Origin: Azolla caroliniana
Lineage: Eukaryota > Plantae > Polypodiophyta
Direction of reading: 5' to 3'
Length of the DNA: 64,000 bases
Assembly: GCA_043228905.1 (NCBI GenBank)
Contig: JBHGNT010000004.1
Location: 10,602,001 to 10,666,000 of the forward strand
Position 1 is the stretch's first letter; every line of letters begins with the position of its first letter. Positions 1 to 8,994 of the stretch are shown here, piece by piece. The notes beneath the pieces are model-generated. The model had not been told where the DNA came from. It was given only the letters and a program-made list of their open reading frames with translations, and did not search any database. Made by a program: the position numbers and the translations under genes.

Positions 1-480
1 CTAGTTATACTTGTCGGGATGCCTCTCCTTCCCATCTGGGGGTATTACGTGCCAGTAGTTGCTACCGTTTCGAAGGTTGTTTCCGCATTGTTTCACCCTT
101 GCCCTTTTCTTTGGTTTTATGGCGCTTGTTGATGGCGCCAACACTGTCAGCCATTGTGCCACTCTGGTCCATGCCTTTTTACTATCTACCTTTGTTGTGA
201 TTGTCGTCCGGAGTGAGTTAACGACGATCAATGGCAGTTCACCTTTAAGCCTTCAAATGATGCTATGATAAATCTGGCCTTGTTCTTTGGCATGGAGAGC
301 GGCTAGGTATGGACAAATCAATAATCCAACAAGACTCTAGCCATCTCCTGGAACAAGGGATTCTCGCCACCCTATGTCCGATATGCCTTGATAGCGATCG
401 AGAATTCCCCGAAATAGTCTGTCAGTATTTCAGTCGAGGGTTTTTCAATCGAGTGCAGGCCTCCGGATGGTAACTTAATC
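1..480 (-). pseudogene. Decayed homologue of the N-terminal domain of retrotransposon ORF3 (continues off the window edge)
   Basis: Minus-strand pieces LPSGGLHSIEKPSTEILTDYFGEFSIAIKAYRT*GGENPLFQEMARVL and KKAWTRVAQWLTVLAPSTSAIKPKKRARV align by eye with ORF3 LPEGGIFQIDNPTSEQLTRYFGEYSVAGKGYRTQGGEDPLFREIARVL and RKLWHAVAQWVTLLVPPVETVQPKKRPRV. Stops and a frameshift are present. Confidence 0.85.
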
Positions 481-874
481 GCTAGGGAGGGGGAGAGAGA
501 AAGACAGGGAGGCGGCTTGTATAATACATAATGGATCATAATGGATCGTCTGAGAGAGAGAGAGGGAGGGAGGGAGGTTTCCAAACCGGTTCCCAAGCCA
601 GTTTAGGGATCGGTTTGGTTTGGTTAGGTTCAGGTTTGAGAACCCCAAAATGGTTTAGGCTTTTAACCGTTTTGGCTTGGATAAGGCCAAACTAGCTAAG
701 CCTAAACCGAATCGTTGCCGATACCTAGTGAGGGTCACAACCGCGAACTTTCTTGGTGGGGATTGCGTTGGTTTCTCGCTAACGCTACCGTTTGTGTCGT
801 GTTTTGGGTCAACCTCAAGTATTTTCCCTCTCATGATAGAAGAAGTCAAGTCGACCGCTTCACCTGCACTTCTT

Positions 875-1090
875 CGCCCGTTGGTGTTCCAATTCCCAAT
901 GAGAACCGCACATGGTCACTCACGCCCGTTGGTGTTCCAATCTCCAGTGAGGACTGCACATGGTCACTCATGCCCATTGGTGTTCCAATTCCCAATGAGG
1001 ACCGCACATGGTCGGTCATGTCCATTGGTATTCGTGTTTCCGTTGAGGACCACACATGGTCGCTCACGCCGGTCGGTGCTCCAATTCCCG
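875..1090. repeat. 48-bp tandem repeat, about 4.5 diverged copies, just upstream of the PPT of an LTR element
   Basis: Unit approx. CGCCCGTTGGTGTTCCAATTCCCAATGAGGACCGCACATGGTCACTCA. 16-aa periodicity in ORFs 677..1156 and 715..1128. Confidence 0.9.
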
Positions 1091-1614
1091 TTCACCCCTA
1101 CATCACGCTTTCGAAAAGGCGGTCGTAAAGGAGAGGATAATGTCATGACACAGTGACATCAAATACATTGTTGGTGAGGATTGAACCTACAACCTCACAT
1201 CAACAAGATGTCTTGCGCAACCATTTTGACATGACCATACATTTGCATATAATTGTGTAATATTCTATAGTGTATAGTATATTTCAGAATCAGAATATTC
1301 TAGCCGTTAGTATATTCTAGAGATATCGTATGGTATATTCTAGATTAATATATTCTAGAGATATTTCTCGAGTATATTCTAGAGATATTCAATCTTGGAA
1401 CTTGTATAAATACTTGTAACCTTGGTCCCTTTCAAGGGATTCAACACCACTCATTGATATATCAATCTAGTATTCTCGTTTCATGCTATATTGTCTCCTT
1501 CATCTATGTCTTCATGCTCTCCATAACTTCCTAAATGCATAATCTCATCACTCACAGCTTCTAGAGTTCCTAGCCTCGTCACTTTCAGTTCCACGTTCGT
1601 AGCTTTATGGATTG

Positions 1615-2033
1615 TGTTATTCTCTGACCGGACAAGGCCTAACACAAGGTGTCACGGAGACACTTCACCAAAGGGTGATTACGGCATAGGATTAAGATTC
1701 AACGATTACACCGACTTACGTAGGTTACACGATTAGAATGCTTTGGTTAATTACACGCGTAAGATATAACAGTAATTACAGAACGGAAATCAAGACAGAA
1801 GTATAAACATCATAAACTCTATTAATTATCCGCTGCGATTACAATGGGGTCCGGGCCTTTAAATAGGTTTCCGGCCCGTAGTACAAAACGGTGCCTATCG
1901 CACCTATTCGGGATCCGTCCGGATCTGGAACGGCATACCGTTTCCAGTCCGTCCGTCCACACTATGCTCATTTACAACCATATTTAATTAATTCCTTCAC
2001 TCCGTATTTTGGACTCCTTGCCGGCCGGTAACA
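1615..2033 (-). repeat. 3' LTR of Gypsy element (419 bp)
   Basis: TGTTATTC...GGTAACA; no difference from 10993-11411 found by eye. Confidence 0.97.
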
Positions 2034-2085
2034 CATGGCACGCCCGTGGGACAGTACCTTGTACGTCGAACCCTTCTCGGCCCCT

Positions 2086-4998
2086 TCATTGTTCACCCAA
2101 ATTGTCCAAAATACTTTGTTCAAGAATTTCCACTTGTTCTTCCGGTTGTGGTTGTTGTGGCTGTGCTTGCTGCTGCTGCTGTGGTTGTGGTTGGGACTGA
2201 GGCTGCTCCGGCTGCTCTACTTGCTGCTGCTACTCCGTTTGTTTCGCTGACTCCGGCATCTCCGTTTGACTGCTTCCGGTCCGGTCTCCTTCCAATAACG
2301 GTTCCTCATCACTGAGGTTGACCGTAACCGGTTCTCGTTCTTTCTCTCCCCGGATCCGGGACCTCTCGTAGCTTTCAAACTGGATCTGCGCCTCCAGCCT
2401 GTCGTCGTCCAGCTGAGCTACAAGTTGCCGGACTTGCTCTAGTTGGTCCTCTGCCAAGGCTTGAAAGTCTTCGGCTAGCTCATCTCTTATGCCGGTGAAG
2501 TCTTCGGAATTCAGCATATAGCAATCATCTCCCTCCTTCCGCCGGTTCTCTACGTCGGCCCGGAGCAATTGGAGTTCCGCCGCGTTCGTGGCCCACTTGG
2601 TCCACCATTTGACGGACACGTTGTCAATCAAGCTCTTGGTCTGGTTCAACCAGGCCCGCATGATATCCTGGATGCGACTTGCTCCCATTTGTGCTCTGCT
2701 TTCCACCACTTGTCGCTCCTCCTTCAACTGCTTGATGAGATTTGCCGTATCCTCCGCCTGCTCTCTGTAGCACGTCAGCTGCCCTTGATATGTCGTTTGC
2801 AGCCTCTGCAGTACCTCCGCCGCTCTTTCTTTTTCCGCCTGTTGTTGCCTGAGGAGCTCTGTCCGAACCTTCTCCGCCTCTTCCAACCGTCTTCTGTTTT
2901 CCGCTTGTTCCTTGGCGAATGCGGTTGCGGTCCGATCAACTGCTTGCCGGAGCTCATCCGTCCGTTCCTTGTGCTCCGTTTGCAACCGTTTATACTCCCG
3001 GTGCAAGTTCTCAAATTCCTCTGTTTTTTGTTTGAGCTTGCCGTTGATCTGGCGATGGTTCCGGTCTTCCCGGTCCTTTACCTGCCGGAGTTCCTCTTTC
3101 AGGCGCTCTACTTCTGTTTCGGTGTTCCTCCGGAGCCTGTCCTTCTCTTGCAGCATTTTCTCCTTTTCCTCCTTGAGCCGGTCGTACGCTTGGTGGCCTT
3201 TCCGTAAGCTCTCCTCGACTCGGCGTAGATTCTCAGCAGTCTTTTTGAGTTCTGTCTCCGCTGCCGTCTTCAACTCTCTTTCGCGGCTCCTCAGCGCTTC
3301 TTGGGCAGCTAGCTCATCCTTTAAGTCCGCAAGCTCTTGGGCTTGTGCCGCATTTCTTTCCGGAACGGTTTCCGTTGTCGGGGTCTGATTGCTATGTACA
3401 GGTTGATTTGACACTTTATTCTGTACATTGCCCGGAGTCACCGGTGCTTGGACTTGTGTTGTCAAAGCGAATTGAGCCATTTCCCTTGTGACCCTGTCCA
3501 AGTCTTGTTCAAGGCTCCGGATTCTGGACCGGGCCGTCTCTAGATCTACGGTTGTGACGAGCAACCGTTCCTGGTGCGCTCTCTCTTCCGCCTCTATATA
3601 CTCGACCGCTCCGGCGATTTGCTCACCTACCCACCGTAGCCACATGCTACTGGTGCCTTGCTGCTGTACTGGTCCTACTCCTTGGCCGCCGTGTGTGCTG
3701 GCTGGGCTCGCCGGCTGTTGAGTCCCGGTTCTCGCCGTCTCCGGAGCCGTTGGAATGACTTCTTCTATAGAAGTCGACAAGACCGGTTCCCTACGCACCG
3801 GTTCCGGTTCCTCCCTTGTGGTTTGCTCAGGTTGAGTTGGGGGCGTTTCTGCTTCTCGCGGGTACGACCGCTCCCCTCCTGTCTCGGCGGTCCTACTTCT
3901 TGACCGTCGTTGGAGGTGCTCTTCTGGCTCCTCCGTTTCCTCTTCCTGTGTAACGGCATGTTTCTGTGCCGTCAAGGGTTCTGGTTCCTTCTGTCCCGGT
4001 CGCCGTATGGTTATCTTAACGGGTCGAACCGGTGACACCTCCTCAGGTTCTGAGAGCCGTTTCTTCCCTTTCGTCGCCTTCGACGCCAGCAGCTGTTGTC
4101 GTTTGGACGCCGGCTTCGAGGTGCTTCCTTCCGATACTCTTGGCCGCTTCTTTGGCTGAACGGTCTCGACCGGCGGCACGAGCAATGTTACCCACTGAGC
4201 TACGGCATGCCACAGCTTCCGGCCCTCCTTGCCGTCCTTTCCTCGTACCATGTCGATTGCCACGCACAAACCGTCTGCAATCAACACCGGCCAATCCACC
4301 TTGGTCCCTTCATAGGTGGCTATGATCATCCCTGCCCAATTTTTTGGCATGACAGGGGGTCGGGGGTACACGTGGCCGTACTCATGGAGCACTCGAGCTA
4401 TCTCCCTGAACAGCGGATCTTCGCCGCCCTGCGTTCGATAGCCTTTGCCGGCAACAGAGTACTCACCGAAATATCGGGTGAGTTGCTCCGAGGTTGGATT
4501 ATCAATCTGAAAAATTCCTCCCTCCGGAAGGCCTGTTAGCGCACGGATCGCTTCCTCGGTAATGACTTCCTTGTCGAGCTCCTTGATGACCTGGTCGGCT
4601 TCTCTGTGCGGTGGTGCTTCCATGATGGCCAAGAACCCCTCCAGTCCGTGTTGCCTGAACCATTTCCTGGCCGCTTCCGACAGCGTTTGTGGTTCCATGT
4701 CTGCTTCGAGGTCGAGGGAAGATGGCGAGGTAGAGTGGTGATGAGAGTGAGAGCGAGAGAGAGAGCGTTCCGAACGTGGGGGTTCTCTGCGTGCAGGTTC
4801 GCGTTTGCTCAGCTTCCACTGCCTTGGTGCTTCTGTGCTTCTTGGCTCGCGAAATGAAAAGGTCTCCATGCGTTCTGCTTCTTCTTTGTGTGTTTTGGCG
4901 CCTTTTTCGAGCATGCACACGTCGTGTACCAATTTAGTATTAAGTAGCGTGGCGGCTCTTAAATGCCCACTTCGTACCTTTTTGCTCCTTGCTTTCAC
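2086..4998 (-). CDS. ORF3: extra sense-strand ORF of the Gypsy element (922 aa to a TAG at 2230, with a probable further Q/P-rich tail to 2086); globular domain, basic linker and long coiled coil
   Basis: 2.8-kb open frame between pol and the 3' LTR. The track start at 4998 is GTG; the first ATG is near 4914. The C-terminal half is E/K/R/Q-rich and heptad-like. Confidence 0.88.
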
Positions 4999-5082
4999 GT
5001 CCGTTCATACCTCGATTTTTAATGATTTCTTTTTTCTTTTTCTTTTTTTCTTTTTTTTTTTTTTAAATGACGGTATGTGATC

Positions 5083-8000
5083 TTACACATCCGTAGGTCC
5101 CTTCGGACCCTTACCGTTTTCCTTACGGGTTGCCGTGTCTTCCGTCGCCTCTGCTACGGGTTCCCCGTCGTCTTTTTCTTCCGTCCGTACCCTTCCGGGA
5201 CAGGATCCCGGTATAGTGCCGGTGAGCTGCATAAACGGGTTCTTTGGCATCGGTCCTTTATAGGGTTTTAGTCGAAATCCGTTCACCCACTTGCCTAGCA
5301 CTTCACCGGCAAGTGTCCCTATCTGATAGGACCCGTTGTATTCCCGTGTCAGCCAATACGGGCCTGTCCATCTGAACCGGAGTTTACCCGGCATCTTGCC
5401 CATCCTCGTTTGGAATACTAGAACTGGCTTTCCGATTTCGAACATCTTTTCGTTACCTTTCCGGTGACGGTCAACGAACGCTTTCCGTCGTCGTTGCTCC
5501 AGTTCCATGTGGAGGATGCTGGCCAGCCGTTGCTCCTCCAGTTCGCATAGTGCTGCTAGCCGCATTTCCTCCAACTTCTTTTCATTCAGCCGTTCCCGTA
5601 GTTGGATCCGTAAGCTTGGTACCTGAAACTCGACCGGCATGACCGCTTCTAAGCCGAATGCTAGCCGGAACGGCGTTGTCCGGATACTTGTTTTGTATGC
5701 CGTTCGGTACGCCCATAGCGCGCTATGGAGCTTTGTGTCCCAGTCCGTCCGGTTTTCATTGACAATTTTGCGGAGAATGTTCTGCAGCGTTTTGTTGGTG
5801 GACTCTGCTAACCCGTTCGCTTGTGGGTAGTACGGTGTGCTCCGTTTATGAACCACAGCATAGAACGTTGTTAAGCTTTCCACTACCTGGCCGAGGAAGT
5901 GCCCTCCTTGGTCGCTGATTAATTCAATCGGACATCCATATCGGCACCAAATGTTCTCGTACAGGAATTTTGCTGTGGATGACGCGGTATTGTCCCTCAA
6001 GGCCTTAGCCTCCACCCATTTAGTACAATAATCCGTTGCTACGATGACATAACGATTACCCGTTCTCATTGCCGGTGGCTTGAACGGTCCGACAAAATCC
6101 AACCCCCACTTCTGGAATGGCTCTAGTGGAAGTACCGGTTGGTGTGGCATCCGTGCTTGCTCCGTAGGCTGGCCCATTCGTTGGCATAGGTCACATTCCT
6201 TAGCATACTTGACGGCGTCTTTTAACGTCGTGGGCCACCATAAGCCGCTCTGCCATACTTTCCTTGCCGTCGCTTCCCCGGCATAGTGTCCTCCGGCAAC
6301 CCCACAGTGTGCTTCCCGTAAGATTACTTCTTTCTCGTCACTACGGACTGCCCGTCTCCATATTCCATCTGCTCCTTTGTGGTAGAGAGTGTCCCGTAAC
6401 AGACAGAAATTGCGGCTCTGCACCGCCAGTCGTTTCCTCTCGTCCCGGTTCATTTCCTCTGGTGGCAGGCCCGTGCTTAGGAACTGGTGCATGTTTGTCA
6501 GCCACCTATCTTCTAATGCCACTGTGTCGTCCGCTGCCGTTTCCGGGGTGATACGGAATAACTCTGCGTCCGGGAATTCATCCGCTACCCCGTCGCCTGG
6601 TTCTCCGGACTCTAACCGGCTCAGGTAGTCTGCTACGGCATGCTGGATACCGGGCCGGTGGAAAATCTCGAATTCGAACTCCTGCAACAGCAAGGTCCAA
6701 CGGGCCAACTTACCGGTCAGGGACGCCTTGGACACTAAGTACAGGAGCGCCGAGTGATCCACATGAAAGGAGAACTTCCTTCCTAATAGGTAATGACGAA
6801 ACTTTGTTACACTGTAGATCATGCCCAGGGCCTCCCGTTCCGTAGTCGAATAGTTCTTCTCCACTTGGGACAGCTTCCGGCTGGCGTAATATACCGGCCG
6901 GTACCATTTAGGCTCCGTAAGTTGCATTAAGGCGCTGCCGATAGCGATGTCGGACGCGTCAACGAACACGTGAAATTCCTTGCTCCAATCCGGAGGCTGC
7001 ACGACGGGTGCTTGCGACAAGAGTACCTTCAGGGCATTGTATGCCTTATCCTCCGTATCCGTCCATTGGAACGGTGTCCGATGTACCGCGGTGTGTAATG
7101 GTGTAGCCAAGTCAGCCAAGTGACGGAGCATCCGGCTGTGCCACCGGATCTGTCCTAAGAATCGGCTTAGTGCTTTGGCTGTTTTCGGCGCCGGTGCCCC
7201 TAGTATGGCGTTTACTTTATCCGGGTCGACCGCAATGCCCTCCTTACTTACAATGTGTCCCAGCAATATTCCACTTGAAACTCCAAAGATGCATTTTGCT
7301 GGGTTTAAGCTTAGCCGGTATAACCTACACTTTTCAAGGCATAACCGTAGGTGCTGCAAATGGTCTTTTCCCCGGCTATAGACTGCAAAATCATCCAGGA
7401 AAACTTGCATGAAGGCAGGAATGTATTCGCCGAAGATCTCCATGATGATTCGCTGGAACGTTGCTGGTGCCGTTTTTAGGCCGAACATCATGACTTCGGC
7501 CACAAACACCCCCCATTCGGTGACGAACGCTGTCTTCTCCTGGTCGTCCGGGTGCATCCGGATTTGATTGTAACCGCTGAACCCGTCTAGAAAGCTATAA
7601 ACTTCATGGCCGGCGACGGCATCCAGTACTCCATCCGTGAACGGAAGAGGGAATGCATCCGTAATTGTGGCTGCATTTAGTTTCCTGTAATCTACGCACA
7701 CACGGATTTTACCGTTCTTCTTGGGGACGACGACGATGGGGCTTAGCCACGTCGCTTTCTTTACCGGCCGGATGAAGCCCACTCTTAGGAGTTTGTCGAT
7801 TTCCTCCTTCACTTTGGCGGCGTAGTTGGGGTTCATTCGGTAACGTCGTTGCGCCACTGGTTTCGCGTCCTTGCCTAAGTGGATCTGATGCTGATATAAT
7901 TGAGGGTCCAGCCCTCGCATGTCCTCGTATGACCAGGCGAATACGTCGCGAAACTCCGTGAGAAGTTTGATCATCGCCGCTTTATCTTTCGGCTTCATTT

Positions 8001-8469
8001 CTTTGGCGATGTGAACCGGCTTTGATTCGTCCTTGCTTCCTAGGTTCACTTCGTCGAGCTGGGATGCTTTTACCCGTTGGGAAACGGCCATTTCCCGTTC
8101 CAACGCTTCATGTGCTTGCCGTAATTCCCGAATCGCATCTTTGTCTGGTTCGGCTTCGGTGTCGTCCCGCTGCGGCAAGTATGGCGCTACGGCTTCAGCT
8201 ACGTCAATCTCGAAGAGTGGTACGATCTTCGGGTGTTCCTCCAAGTACTGGGCTTCTTCGTCGTCTGCCAATCCTTCAAGCATGTTCACACATTCCGCAT
8301 ACAGCGGTGTGCATTCCTTCCCGTTGCTCGTCCGTGGTTGTGTTGGTACCCGGACCTTGGCTTTTCCGCGCCGGAAGGTAATCATATTTTTCCGCCAATT
8401 TTGCTTGATGTGTGCTGTTTTCAACCATGGTCTGCCCAGCAATAGTGGGTACGCGCCTTGCGCCTGTAG
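5083..8469 (-). CDS. Pol: reverse transcriptase, RNase H, integrase
   Basis: RT (CVDYRKLN, LDGFSGYNQI, MMFGLKTAPATFQR, FLDD). RH (VDASD, NYSTTERE, VDH, ADYLSR). INT (H..GH..C..C, GLDFVGP, SDQG, NGLAESTN). No chromodomain. Confidence 0.96.
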   Translation of the reverse strand, partial: LQAQGAYPLLLGRPWLKTAHIKQNWRKNMITFRRGKAKVRVPTQPRTSNGKECTPLYAECVNMLEGLADDEEAQYLEEHPKIVPLFEIDVAEAVAPYLPQRDDTEAEPDKDAIRELRQAHEALEREMAVSQRVKASQLDEVNLGSKDESKPVHIAKEMKPKDKAAMIKLLTEFRDVFAWSYEDMRGLDPQLYQHQIHLGKDAKPVAQRRYRMNPNYAAKVKEEIDKLLRVGFIRPVKKATWLSPIVVVPKKNGKIRVCVDYRKLNAATITDAFPLPFTDGVLDAVAGHEVYSFLDGFSGYNQIRMHPDDQEKTAFVTEWGVFVAEVMMFGLKTAPATFQRIIMEIFGEYIPAFMQVFLDDFAVYSRGKDHLQHLRLCLEKCRLYRLSLNPAKCIFGVSSGILLGHIVSKEGIAVDPDKVNAILGAPAPKTAKALSRFLGQIRWHSRMLRHLADLATPLHTAVHRTPFQWTDTEDKAYNALKVLLSQAPVVQPPDWSKEFHVFVDASDIAIGSALMQLTEPKWYRPVYYASRKLSQVEKNYSTTEREALGMIYSVTKFRHYLLGRKFSFHVDHSALLYLVSKASLTGKLARWTLLLQEFEFEIFHRPGIQHAVADYLSRLESGEPGDGVADEFPDAELFRITPETAADDTVALEDRWLTNMHQFLSTGLPPEEMNRDERKRLAVQSRNFCLLRDTLYHKGADGIWRRAVRSDEKEVILREAHCGVAGGHYAGEATARKVWQSGLWWPTTLKDAVKYAKECDLCQRMGQPTEQARMPHQPVLPLEPFQKWGLDFVGPFKPPAMRTGNRYVIVATDYCTKWVEAKALRDNTASSTAKFLYENIWCRYGCPIELISDQGGHFLGQVVESLTTFYAVVHKRSTPYYPQANGLAESTNKTLQNILRKIVNENRTDWDTKLHSALWAYRTAYKTSIRTTPFRLAFGLEAVMPVEFQVPSLRIQLRERLNEKKLEEMRLAALCELEEQRLASILHMELEQRRRKAFVDRHRKGNEKMFEIGKPVLVFQTRMGKMPGKLRFRWTGPYWLTREYNGSYQIGTLAGEVLGKWVNGFRLKPYKGPMPKNPFMQLTGTIPGSCPGRVRTEEKDDGEPVAEATEDTATRKENGKGPKGPTDV

Positions 8470-8994
8470 CTACAGCACGACAGCCGAGATGTGAAATGTG
8501 TGACCTCCTATGGTGACTTCCAATTTCCGTATTAAGCCCGTCGGCCGTACAGAGCTCGTATCCGCCATCCGTAGCCAGAACGGACATGGCTCCCATTCAT
8601 GTATACCCAAGGCATCACACGTGCGGAGGCTTATTACGTTCACCCCGGAACCTCCATCGATTACTGTGCCGGGAAGTTCGTGCCCTTTGACCATAGCTGT
8701 AATTACCGGACTACTAGTGTCCACCACCGTCGGTCCCTCCTCCGGATTCGAGAAGAGGACTGGTGCCGGTGGGGCTATACCGTCTGTCATGCCCGTTTTT
8801 AGTCCTTCCGTAAATCGCGGCACGAGCTGCAAGAGTCTTCCTAACGGCAACGTGATCTGACATTCTTGCAGTGCTTGCCATGTCTCGTTTTCTGGGTGGC
8901 TACCGCCGGCACTCCCTATGTTATTCGCCTTTTGCCGTTCCGCGTCCGCGACGTTCCTTTCATTGGCTTCCTTCACCCATTCCGTCGCCTGTTT
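8470..8994 (-). CDS. Aspartic protease segment of gag-pol (same frame as gag and pol, bounded by two in-frame stops)
   Basis: VIDGGSGVNVI active-site motif; the LLGRPWL motif follows the TAG at 8470-8472. Confidence 0.88.
   Translation of the reverse strand, partial: KQATEWVKEANERNVADAERQKANNIGSAGGSHPENETWQALQECQITLPLGRLLQLVPRFTEGLKTGMTDGIAPPAPVLFSNPEEGPTVVDTSSPVITAMVKGHELPGTVIDGGSGVNVISLRTCDALGIHEWEPCPFWLRMADTSSVRPTGLIRKLEVTIGGHTFHISAVVL

Noticed and set aside
575-715. GGTTT/AAACC-rich stretch as interstitial telomere or DNA-transposon end
   Set aside because: Only one TTTAGGG, and no TIR pair or TSD could be defined.
875-1090. Regular repeats as a CRISPR-like array
   Set aside because: Units are contiguous with no unique spacers, there are no cas genes, and the context is a eukaryotic TE.
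2230-4998. ORF3 as a retroviral envelope or a host myosin/SMC gene
   Set aside because: No signal peptide or transmembrane helix seen, no motor or ATPase motifs, and it lies wholly between the LTRs.
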